A stretch of DNA of 64,000 nt from Thermoanaerobaculia bacterium (GTDB taxonomy: Bacteria; Acidobacteriota; Thermoanaerobaculia; Multivoradales; Multivoraceae), in assembly GCA_963664405.1 (NCBI GenBank), contig OY761158.1, forward strand, positions 5,984,001-6,048,000, given 5' to 3'. Position 1 is the stretch's first letter. Every line of letters starts with the position of its first letter. Made by a program: the position numbers and the translations under genes. The notes below the pieces were generated by a model. The model was given only the letters and a program-made list of their open reading frames with translations, did not search any database and was not told the origin of the DNA. This document shows positions 30,826 through 40,186 of this stretch, piece after piece.

Positions 30826-32250
30826 CCGGTAACAACAGCAGCGGAAGCAGCTCCTCGATGCTCTTGGACTTGCGAAGGTAGCGCGGCACCAGTTTCGACT
30901 CGAAGCGGATCGGCTCCTCTGTCTCACCCCGGTCCCGCACTCGCGGGACTCGCACCGGGACGTCGCCGATTCCAGTCTGAATCGACCGCTCCGGCAGATG
31001 CCCGTTGCGCACCAGCCTCTGTCTACCGGCTGAGTCGCGCTCCTCTGCGTAGTGCTCGAGCAGCTCGCCCACTTCCGCCTCGACCGCCACCCGGAGCAGC
31101 TCCTGGGCTCCTTGTCGCAGCACCTCGGTCAAGGCGTCATCCACACTCGCTGTACCTGGCTCTCTGAAGCGCTCTGCGTTACCCTGAACCACGGCGTATC
31201 CTCCTTCTCCGGAAGGTCCCAAGGTCGTTGAACAACCTCAGGATACGCCGCCTTCAAACCTCCTCATACACAACTTTCGACCATAGCTCGTCGCCGAGTC
31301 GGTGGCCGCCGTAAAGGTCGTTGGTCGGTGTGCTGATCGGCAGATAGGCGAGGCCGAGCTCTTCGTCGACAGCGATCATCGACCACACACATTGGTATTA
31401 CCCGTGTACTTCCAGGACTCGTTCTCCCAGGTCTCGCTGCCCTCCTCTCCCTGCTGCGGATGGTGTGAAAGACCCACGCCAGGGCGCCGCTCTCGGCATC
31501 GTAGGCACGCACGAAGCTCGGCGGCCCCCCCTGGTGGGTGACGCCATCGGAAACGATCGAGCCCACGATCACCGTGTCGCGGCAGATCGCCGCCGGCGAG
31601 CTGTGCGTCGTTCGGGACTCGAGGATCTTGCGGCCCAGGTCTTTGGTCATCTCCACCGCGCCGTGCTTGCCGAAAGTGGGGTCGGGCCTGCCGGTCATGG
31701 TGTCGAGAGAGAGCAGGCGACGGTCATGTGTGGCCATCATCACGCGTTGTTTTGTGCCCCTGTGCCAAACCGCCACGCCGCGATGCTGAAAGCCCTCATT
31801 CGCTGGCCGCCCCGCCTCCCAGCTCTGCGGGTCGTAGCTCCACAGCGGCTTGCCCGAGGTGGCGTCGATCGCCGCCACCTGACCGAGGGGCGTGCTCACG
31901 TACATGCGCCCGTCGATCACCACGGGAACCGCCTTGAACTTGAAGGACCCCAGGCGTATCGCTTCCGGCAGGTTCGGAATCTGGCCGTCGACCGACTCCC
32001 AGGTCCAGGCCACCTCTAGCGGGTCGAAGTTGCCGGCATCGATCTGGTCGAGAGGCGAATACTTCGCGTTGCCGGGGTTGTTGCCGAAGTTCGGCCAGTC
32101 GGTGCTCTGCGCGGCCGAGGCCGCTGCGAGGAGCAGCGGTGCCGCAGCCATGGTGAGGAGCAGGGTCTTTGGGTTGGTCAAGACGAGAGAACAGCGTGTT
32201 CAAGATCACGATTCGTCCGCCCGAGATGCCGGTGGGGCCGACTGCGGAGA

Positions 32251-34587
32251 TCACGGGGGGAGTCGCGGGGATGCGGTCGTGAAGCTCCACAGCGGACCGG
32301 TACGTGACTTGCCGATCGTGTTGGTCACGGTGACGTACCACTCGTGCTCCGCCAGCTCCTCCAGACCCGGCCAGGAAACGGACGTTTTCGAACCGCTCGG
32401 CACTGCGGTCGCGGTCCCGAGGTTCGAGAACTCCCGCATGGAGAAGTCGAGCGAGAACTCGCTGTTGACGTCGGTCTCGTACCGATCGAGCCACGGCGAG
32501 TAGGTCTCGACATAGACCTTGTTCTCCGCGGGTACGAAGCGCAGAAGGCGGAGCCACCCGTCCCCGCCGTTGGGGCGGCGCTGGTAGTCCGCGAGCAACT
32601 GATGGACCTCGCGCCCGTTGACGACATCGGTCCGCCGAGACTCTCCGTTGATGTGCCCACAGAATACGAAATAGACGTTCGGGTTCGGGACGACGAGGTC
32701 ATCCCATATGTAGCTTGTTTCGGGGCAAAGACTACCGGCGCGGCGTTTGGCGTCGCGGTCAATGTACCCGTGGGTGGTGACCATTCCCGTGCGCTTCGGA
32801 TGTGCCTTGAACACCGAGTCCGCCCAGGTGATCGCTCCGGCGGGAGGGCAGAACTCGAGGTGGACGATGATGAAATCCATGCCGCCGGCCGAGAAGAGCT
32901 GGTAGTTGTTGTCGTTGTTGTCGGAGTAGTGCCCGCCATACCAGGACTCCGCCTCGTACCGGGCATAGGGGAAGTACACGTTGTAGAGCGTCGTTGGCTG
33001 TTCGTGGTTCCCCGGCCCCATCCCGTAGGGGACGACTGAGTCGAGCAGCGTCATGCTCGCGTTCGCACGGTCCCACTCGATCGTCTGATCCCAGTTGTGG
33101 ACGATGTCCCCTTCGTGCGTTACGAAGACAATATTCTCGGTCAACACGTTGTCGACGATCCACTGCGTTTGCGAGGTGTAGATCCCTGCGTTGGCGGCGG
33201 AGTCAGCGTAGTGTTGCGTGTCGGGCAACACGACGATCGTAAACTCTGGCACGGCGGTCTTGGGGCGACCGAAAAAGGTGACGTCGAGCGCGTCTCCGTT
33301 CGGGTCCCTGACGTCGACCTCCAGGACGGGCGACGTGAAAACTCCGGTGGCCCCATCCGCCAGGGCGATCGCGCTGGGCTCGTCTGGGGCGTTCCTGTCG
33401 ACGCTGACGACGGAATCGGGCCGGGCGTAGGACTGCTCTCCGAGCATGTTTGTGACAAGACAGTTCCACAGATAGTCCTGGTCATCGGGCAGAGTCGTGG
33501 TGAACGAAAGCGTGGCGCTGTTCCCGGAGATGCTCTTCGTGTCGATCGGTCGCCAGTCAGGCCTGAAGGTGACGGTCAGAACGGGAGGGCTCGCCGACTC
33601 GCTGCTGTCGAAATCGATGGTTTCCTCACCCGTGTCAATGAACAGAATGCCGTAGCTCGCGGAACCGAGGCTCCAGTTCTGGACGATCTCCGTGACGTCG
33701 ATCGACCGCAACTCGGTCGACGTGCAATCGGCCGGGTACGAGGCGGCGCCCCGAGAGTGGGCGCCGTCCGCTCCGGGCGAGGTCCACGACACTCCGGCCA
33801 GACGCTCGTTCCAGGTCACTTCGTCCTCGTCCCAGTCCTCCGTCAATGGGTAGATCTCCATGTCGGCGCGGTGGTTGGCACATTTCACCTCCAGGACCGC
33901 CGACGAGATGAGTGCTCCGGGCGGTACCTGACTCTCGTTGGACCCGATCATGTTCGGGAACTTCATCACGGCGTGCGCGTGAGCGGCAGGGTTGTCGTCG
34001 TCGATGCGTGGGTCGCTGCCGAAGTTCGCATCCGGCGTCTCGGCGGTGAAGTACGCGTCGTCGGTTTCTGTCGGTCCGCTGAAGGCGACCTTCGTGGAGC
34101 TGCTGCTGAGGTAGAGGGTCGTGTCCTGAAGCCCGGCGGAATCCGTCGCGGTGCACGTGAACGAGACCGTAGAGTCGTTGACCACGGCAGCATCAGCGGG
34201 AGAGTCGAGGGTCACGTCCGGCACGAGTACCTTCTGAGTGACTAGCTCGACCTGCGATGGCGGGTTTTGCCCGGCAGCTGTCTCATTGACCTTCGCGACG
34301 GGCTCAAGGTTGCTGCACCCCAGCACCAAGAGGGCAGCTGTGGTCGAGCTTCGACCGATCGTGACTGCTTTCCTCACCGGGTAGCTGTCTGCTCGACTAT
34401 CGGAGCGATCTAGAGAGTGCCTGGCTACTAGCACGTCGGTACGGTGGCAGAGATGGCATTTTGTTGAGAACTTGAAGGTAGGATATCGCTTTCCTGAGCA
34501 GATGTGCTCTTGGGTTTGGATCGACGTTTTGGAGGCCGAGCCAGGGGACCTGAGCCTGTCCGGCAAGGGAGACCTTCTGATTGTCAC
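32251..34587 (-). CDS. Secreted calcineurin-like metallophosphoesterase with DNRLRE-like domain (true start probably near 34360)
   Basis: LPDTQHY, HEGDIV, GNHE, TTHGY and CGH motifs. Confidence 0.75.
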   Translation of the reverse strand: MTIRRSPLPDRLRSPGSASKTSIQTQEHICSGKRYPTFKFSTKCHLCHRTDVLVARHSLDRSDSRADSYPVRKAVTIGRSSTTAALLVLGCSNLEPVAKVNETAAGQNPPSQVELVTQKVLVPDVTLDSPADAAVVNDSTVSFTCTATDSAGLQDTTLYLSSSSTKVAFSGPTETDDAYFTAETPDANFGSDPRIDDDNPAAHAHAVMKFPNMIGSNESQVPPGALISSAVLEVKCANHRADMEIYPLTEDWDEDEVTWNERLAGVSWTSPGADGAHSRGAASYPADCTSTELRSIDVTEIVQNWSLGSASYGILFIDTGEETIDFDSSESASPPVLTVTFRPDWRPIDTKSISGNSATLSFTTTLPDDQDYLWNCLVTNMLGEQSYARPDSVVSVDRNAPDEPSAIALADGATGVFTSPVLEVDVRDPNGDALDVTFFGRPKTAVPEFTIVVLPDTQHYADSAANAGIYTSQTQWIVDNVLTENIVFVTHEGDIVHNWDQTIEWDRANASMTLLDSVVPYGMGPGNHEQPTTLYNVYFPYARYEAESWYGGHYSDNNDNNYQLFSAGGMDFIIVHLEFCPPAGAITWADSVFKAHPKRTGMVTTHGYIDRDAKRRAGSLCPETSYIWDDLVVPNPNVYFVFCGHINGESRRTDVVNGREVHQLLADYQRRPNGGDGWLRLLRFVPAENKVYVETYSPWLDRYETDVNSEFSLDFSMREFSNLGTATAVPSGSKTSVSWPGLEELAEHEWYVTVTNTIGKSRTGPLWSFTTASPRLPP

Positions 34588-34979
34588 GGGGAAGGCACAG
34601 AAGCTGCTAGTTGAGGGCGAAAACAGGCTTCCGAGGGCAATCGAAGGCTGGCCTTGGTACGCTCAGCAGGTATTTTGGTGCCTTCGTCGCCCTCCTGACA
34701 TCGCTTCTGATAGGGCGTCACACGGCTGGACATCGGTCGCGTTAGGTGAAGGCTGGCACCTTTTGGAGTGGAAGGTGCAATCGGGAACGTCGGCCAGTGT
34801 CACGAGCCCGGGCTCGACGACTCCCCGTAGTCGCGTGCTGTGGTACATGCTAAGAAGGATCTCATTTTTAGCCACCATAACAACGCCTCGCAAGAATGCA
34901 GGCGAGGAGGCCGCTCGTCTCCGACCCAACGCGGCCGAGCCTGTGGCGTTTTCTACCTTGGAAGGTGCCACAGTGTACG

Positions 34980-35095
34980 TCATGACGGGGTGCGGAGCAC
35001 GTCGAGGTACTCGCGGACCACGTTTGTGAGGCCCTCGAACACCGCGTGGCCGATGAGCGCGTGGCCGATGGAGACCTCGTCGAGATGCGGCAGCC
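34980..35095 (-). pseudogene. pdxJ: Isolated C-terminal fragment of pyridoxine 5'-phosphate synthase
   Basis: [28 protein letters not shown]-stop. Confidence 0.6.
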
Positions 35096-35138
35096 TACCG
35101 TCATCGGTAGGCACAGTTGTGTTTGTTACCAACACTAG

Positions 35139-36615
35139 CCCCAATTCGCGAATAAATCAGGCGGCTCGGAGGGCTTTAGCGACTCTTTGGAAGTCTTGTT
35201 GAGCGGCGGCTGAAGTGCCGAGGTCGAGGGTGATTCGGCCAGCAGGGTGAAGGAGGACGCCGGCTCGGCCGAGGAGTTTGAATCGCAGGGTGTGGATGGT
35301 TTCGAAGCGATGCAGAGTTCTCCGTTTGCGAGTCCGTGAGCGGGGCTGCGGGCGTGCCGCGACCTGAAACGACCGGGCGAGGTTGAAGGCGAGGACGCTG
35401 AGCACTTGCCAGGCAGCATTGGCCGCTGCCTTGAGACTGGGGACACAGTTGAACGCGAAGCCGTTGCGTAACTCAGCGTAGGCCTTCTCGTGGGTCCCTC
35501 GACCGTTGAGGAAGTGCCACAGATTCCGGCCGTTCAGCTGTTTGTTGGTGGTGATCGCCGAGTACTCGTAGTGGCCGTCGTCGGGGTCGAACAGGTCGAG
35601 CTGGAAGTTCTTGCGCGTCTCGTGAGCCACCCGCTTGCGGTAGAGCACGATGCGGCGCACCTGGTTCCAGGCGGCCACCCGAGTGCGGGTCTCACAAAAG
35701 CTCACCGTGTCGTCGATGCGGATCCACTTCGCAGCCTGAGCCACCGCCGTCTTCAGGTGCAGCCAGGGGTAGAACGGGACCTTGATCGCGTACTCCGCCC
35801 TCGCCGAGTCCAGGAACTCCAAGACATCCCGGCGAAAGAACGCCCCGTCCATGCGGAACTCCAGGCGTACGCCACGATCGACCGTGGCGCGAATCTGGTC
35901 GAGAAGCGCTGAGAGAAAGTTAAGAGACGCTTTTCCATCGTGCACGTTGCCTGGGCGGTTCTCGACCCGCAGGATCTGACCCGACTGCGCCTCGTAGGCG
36001 GTGATCGGGTAGTAGCTCGGAACCTTCCGGTGGTGAGGGTTGAAGCCACGCTTCGCTCCTTCGACCGTCTGTCCGGTCGACACCACCGAGCCGTCGACAT
36101 CGATCGTCAAACGCGCCAGTCTCGCCTTCTGAAGAGCCTCGCCCACCACCTCAGAGTTCAGCCGCACCAAACGCGCCACGTGACTCTCAGACAGTTGCGC
36201 CAGCCACCCGCTCACGGTCCTCGGCGACGGCAGTCGGCGGAGTCCGGCGAACCGGGCCAAGATCGGATCCGACTGCACGTAGCGAAGGTGCCAGATCCGC
36301 CGACCGCCGACCATCAGAAGGCCAAGCAGCACAAGGAGCATCGGAACGGTGCCGAAGTCGCTCGCGAAACCTCCGCCTCTGAAGGAAGTCCCGGAACAGC
36401 TCCAATCCGGCGTGCGAAGTAACTTGCTGCAGGCCGCACCGGTACCCGACCCGACCGTTGACCCGACCCCTGAGATCTGCTCTGCTTAACCGCACTGAGA
36501 GTGCCCTTTCGTTGTGGTGACTTCTTTCGGCTTTGACACCCGAAGTACACCACAGCGGAGGGCCCTTTCGCTTCTTAGACCACCAGATCAGACCGCTCTT
36601 TTTCGCGAATTGGGG
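35139..36615 (-). mobile_element. IS1380-family element; transposase about 36495-35157 with N-terminal frameshift or deletion
   Basis: TIR CCCCAATTCGCGAA / TTCGCGAATTGGGG; IDVDGS, GFNPH, RMDGAFF and N.RG..E motifs; flanks CTAG and CTAA do not match exactly. Confidence 0.85.
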
Positions 36616-36989
36616 CTAAGCAAGGAGCAAGCCTGTCTTTGCGTTAGTAGCCCGGGGCGTTTTCCACAAGATCTTTGAGATCTTGGGAACGCTGACGCGG
36701 CAGTAGCGAGTCTGGGGTGCGGGTGGATACCGAAATAACCTCCGCCAGCCGGGCGCGGTCACAGCGCCGCCGGGCCTCCGCGCCGGCCCTCCAGGTCCGC
36801 TCCGAGACATCCGCCACGCGCTGAATCGGCGGGAAGTGCAAGCTGAGCGCCCGAGCCGCCCCCGGAGAAAGTTCGGACCATCATTCGCCGTCAGAAACCC
36901 ATGCGCCCGCGTGGTGAGCGCCAGTTTGCACGCCGTCACGTTCGACACGATCTGGTCGTCCGAGGTGCGAGCGATCCATTCGTCCTGAC

Positions 36990-37142
36990 TTCGGGCCCAG
37001 ATGACGCAGTTTTGACATGGTGTTGACGGGCGGCCTCACGGACGGATCGGCGCGCGCCGAGGGCGACGTAGGCGAGGAAGGCCGCGTAGGATTTAGTGGT
37101 TTCGTCGGCGCGGCGGTCCCAGAGTCGCGGGGTGTCGGTCAT
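36990..37142 (-). pseudogene. Fragment resembling a phage terminase small-subunit N-terminus
   Basis: WDRRADET.KSYAAF..Y..LG..RS pattern. Confidence 0.4.
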
Positions 37143-37426
37143 TCGGCGTGCCTCTAGCTTGCTAGTAAACCACGGCTACAAATACTTTCTGACGGCCCCG
37201 CGTTCGGCGGTCGCGCCCGCCGAGTAGTGAGCGACCATGCGGGCGCTTCCCCTTCCCCGCTGACCGGGAATACGCGAGCGCCGATTCCAACCCGGCCAAC
37301 GTGCGATTCAGCCCGGATTGAAACCCCGCCGCGCCGCCCGATCCCCGGTGGCTATCGAAGCGCGGCCCGAACACCGCGCCGGCCACCTACCCCGCCGAGC
37401 CACAATCGTTGACCCCAAACCTCCTG

Positions 37427-37470
37427 CATGCTAGCATGACTGCATGCAAGCATGTTCGCATGTTTTCATG
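37427..37470. repeat. Centromere-like CATG array (6 units, 8-bp period) upstream of parA
   Basis: CATG at 37427, 35, 43, 51, 59 and 67. Confidence 0.75.
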
Positions 37471-37536
37471 CTACTCCCTTCAAGGCCCGGATCGGCCTCC
37501 CCTCTCTCGGTATCAACAGCAACAGGAGTTTTCATC

Positions 37537-38193
37537 ATGGCTATCAAAGTAGCCGTCGTTTCCCAGAAAGGCGGTGTCGGAAAAAGCACCATCGCCCGTC
37601 TGATTGGCCGCGAGTTTGCCCACAATGGCTGGCTTGTCAAGATCGCGGACATGGACGTGCAGCAAGGAACCAGCTACCACTGGTACAAACGCCGAGCTGC
37701 CAATCAGGTAGTACCGGAGATCCGCACCGAAACCTTTACGAGCGTCAACATAGCCCTGACCGAAGCGGACAATTTCGATCTGTTCATCTTTGACGGTGCG
37801 CCCCACGCCACTGCTGCTACCCGAGACATGGCCCTTGCCTCCGATCTGGTGATCCTGCCTACGGGCCTTGCTGTTGATGATCTGCACCCGCAAATAGGGC
37901 TTGCTCACGAACTAACCCACCAGCACGGCCTGGAACCGGACAAGCTCGCCTTTGTCCTCTGGCGGGTAGGTGACAGCGAAATCGAGATACGGCACGCAAG
38001 GGAGTACATCGAGACAGCAGGCTACAGCGCCCTTGCCGGTGACGTGCCGGAACGCACCGCCTATCGTCGTGCAAGCGACGCCGGACGCACTGCCACCGAA
38101 ACGCAGTACAAAACCCTCAACCACCGCGCCGACATAACCGCACAGAGCATCATCGACGCAATCACCAAGATTGCCAACAGAAAGGCCGCTTAA
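37537..38193 (+). CDS. parA: Short ParA (type Ib) partition ATPase
   Basis: SQKGGVGKST, DMDVQ and IFDGAP; RBS AGGAG. Confidence 0.92.
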   Translation: MAIKVAVVSQKGGVGKSTIARLIGREFAHNGWLVKIADMDVQQGTSYHWYKRRAANQVVPEIRTETFTSVNIALTEADNFDLFIFDGAPHATAATRDMALASDLVILPTGLAVDDLHPQIGLAHELTHQHGLEPDKLAFVLWRVGDSEIEIRHAREYIETAGYSALAGDVPERTAYRRASDAGRTATETQYKTLNHRADITAQSIIDAITKIANRKAA

Positions 38194-38430
38194 ATGAGCA
38201 AGATAGATGGACTTAAAAAGCCCACAAACAACCCCAAGGGAGCGCCACCCGGACCAGCCGAGGCACCGGCGAACCTTCTGCGACCCCCGATAGGGGAGAG
38301 CGTACCGTTTCAGGTCCGAATACCCGCCACCTACAAGCGCGACTTCAAGACAGATGCAGCAGCCAGCGAAATCACTTCCAGTCAACTGTTCTTAAAGGTG
38401 TACGACTTCTACAAAGAACACCATGCATGA
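38194..38430 (+). CDS. Small ParA partner (probable centromere-binding RHH protein)
   Basis: Directly follows parA; flexible N-terminus then PFQVRIP...K..FK..A. Confidence 0.7.
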   Translation: MSKIDGLKKPTNNPKGAPPGPAEAPANLLRPPIGESVPFQVRIPATYKRDFKTDAAASEITSSQLFLKVYDFYKEHHA

Positions 38431-38461
38431 CAGCATGCTTGCATGCAATCATGCTTGCATG
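38426..38461. repeat. Second CATG array (5 units, 8-bp period)
   Basis: CATG at 38426, 34, 42, 50 and 58. Confidence 0.7.
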
Positions 38462-38852
38462 ATACAACATGGAAATGGTTTGTTAAGACTTTTCCTGTAT
38501 CAATGAAGGGGAAACACAGTCTCGTTGTGAACAGTGGAGAAGGGGAGCACATGGCGGATTTGGAAGACTTCTACTACGACCAAAAAGCTACAGAGCTGGC
38601 AGAGAAGCTAGTACGGACGCTCCAACAGGACCGCGACGAACTCGGCAACGAAGCGCGAGCCAATCTCAGCCGCGAACCGAATCGAAGAAACATCCATCAT
38701 CCCAAAGACACGGCCAAAATCGCCCTTCAACTTGGCTGCTGATACATCTGCCACTGAAGTCCTCCAACCCCCGCCAGCCCTCAAGCCGGAGCCGCCTGGA
38801 CCCACAGGACCGTGATTTACCGAATCCAGACGGTAAAGGAGAACCGAAAATC

Positions 38853-39338
38853 ATGAAACATAATCCATTCCTCCTAGCTCCCATCATGCTTCTCTTTCTT
38901 GTCAATCCTGCCAATGCTGCCATTTCAGGGTCTAGCTACATGAACGACTTAGACGATGTGCAGCGCGAAGCGTTTCTGTTTGGTGCCCTAGAAATGGCCA
39001 TCTCCATCTATTCCAAAGAGGAGAGAGGTGAGAAGGCGGTTTGTGTGGGCCAGTGGTTTTCCAGTTCGAGAGAGGACGCTGAGAAGGAGATAATGGATTT
39101 CATGTCCAATCCCAACAATGGAAAATACACCGCATCAGGTCTTATAGGAATTAATTGTGGTGGATCGGCATTGCCCCGACGATCCGAAAACCACAGCGCA
39201 GCCGAGTGGGGGAGGGGAGTACAACAATTTGACCCACTGCAAGGCGATCATCAAACTAAACAGCATGCAAGCATGAATACATGCAACCATGCTGGTTTGT
39301 GGACACCTGCACGTTGTCGGTTGACGGGTTTAGAGTAA
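38853..39338 (+). CDS. Secreted hypothetical protein (3' end probably frameshifted)
   Basis: RBS AAGGAG, signal peptide ending ANA-A. Confidence 0.5.
   Translation: MKHNPFLLAPIMLLFLVNPANAAISGSSYMNDLDDVQREAFLFGALEMAISIYSKEERGEKAVCVGQWFSSSREDAEKEIMDFMSNPNNGKYTASGLIGINCGGSALPRRSENHSAAEWGRGVQQFDPLQGDHQTKQHASMNTCNHAGLWTPARCRLTGLE
39264..39291. repeat. Third CATG array (4 units, 8-bp period)
   Basis: CATG at 39264, 72, 80 and 88. Confidence 0.65.
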
Positions 39339-39486
39339 CCCTGCACGATCGAGCAGTAGAAAATACGGATATGCACGCATTAGGCGTGGTTTAGATCTGT
39401 GAACAACTAGAAGTTGAGTATTGACGAGCGCAGAAGAAGCATGCCACCATCGCATCTGATACAACGCCAAGCGGGAAGAACAAGGT

Positions 39487-39783
39487 ATGACCAAACAGAG
39501 GGATCGGGGAGAAGGGTTTCAAGAGATCGGCGGACTGATTCAGAACGTTGTGAAGGAGTACAAGGAGTACAAGCCTCTTAGTCTGGTGGAGAAGCGGCTA
39601 ATCAAGAATTCCACCGAGATCAGGACATTTCCACCCGAAGAAGTAAACTTCCTGCACTCGCTCTTCTGCCAAACTATCTTGCCCTATCGCAGCCTCCCTG
39701 AGCGCGTTTGGGAACATGCCAATGGCCGAGCAAATGTCCGCGTCGAAGCGGGGAGCGCCTATCACCCGGACAGCGACAAATTC
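39487..39783 (+). pseudogene. repA: RepA N-terminal 99 aa, fused in frame to IS110 codons
   Basis: FLHSLFCQTILPYR, W...NG...RVEAG..Y.P; continues logically into IELPVPFGPKARL at 922. Confidence 0.85.
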
Positions 39784-39837
39784 GTGGTCATGGAGGCCTG
39801 TGGCTCCGCGCACTACTGGGGCCGGGAAATAGGAGAG
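39784..39837 (+). mobile_element. IS110 copy 1, middle segment (VVMEACGSAHYWGREIGE)
   Basis: Identical to 43163-43216. Confidence 0.95.
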
Positions 39838-40186
39838 TGAGAGTGAGCACGATAATCGATGGCGGTCCGATCACGATAAGTGATGGTCGCGTAGCCTTTT
39901 GAAGGACTTAGCCGAAGCTGCGTTTCGCTGCCACTTGCCTCAGACGGTCTTGTTCACAGTATTTGATGGCGATTCGAGGAAACCCGATCACGTTGTCTGG
40001 TGGGAATGGGTGTTCCGTTCAAGGTATCTGAGGGCGCAACCAGGGGCCCAAGCGCGATGGAAGCTCGGCGAACCGCCTCGATCGCCCATCAGATAGCGTG
40101 CCGTTCATCCCATCGCTGCGTGTCAGCCCTCGTTCAGCGTGATCAGCGAAAGAACAAGTATGGACTGCGCGTCAGGCCCCGACGGC

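Larger units (their letters stand above)
27445..30834 (+). mobile_element. Four-gene IS21-like transposon B (3390 bp)
   Basis: TGTTGATGGCTGCGAGAAAGCGCA / TGCGCTTTCTCGTAGCCGGTAACA IRs with internal GGCTGCGAG repeats; 5-bp TSD ACAGC. Confidence 0.93.
26513..31289 (-). mobile_element. IS256-family element B, interrupted by IS21-like element B
   Basis: IRs GAGTTATTGTCAAATGTTG / CAACTTTCGACCATAGCTC; 9-bp TSD GTCGCCGAG; transposase 31192-30840 plus 27444-26544. Confidence 0.92.
26440..32181 (-). pseudogene. PQQ glucose-dehydrogenase-like gene, split by IS256-B and truncated
   Basis: KYSPLDQI, HRGVA, then YGGHRLGD|NLFAESLVAVD rejoined across the IS. Confidence 0.8.
922..39783. mobile_element. Integrated, circularly permuted plasmid (~38.9 kb) opened inside its repA gene
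   Basis: repA C-half plus iterons at the left end, parA, partner and repA N-half at the right end; joining 39783 to 922 restores DKF|IELP in frame; joining 921 to 39784 restores the IS110 sequence exactly. Confidence 0.85.
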
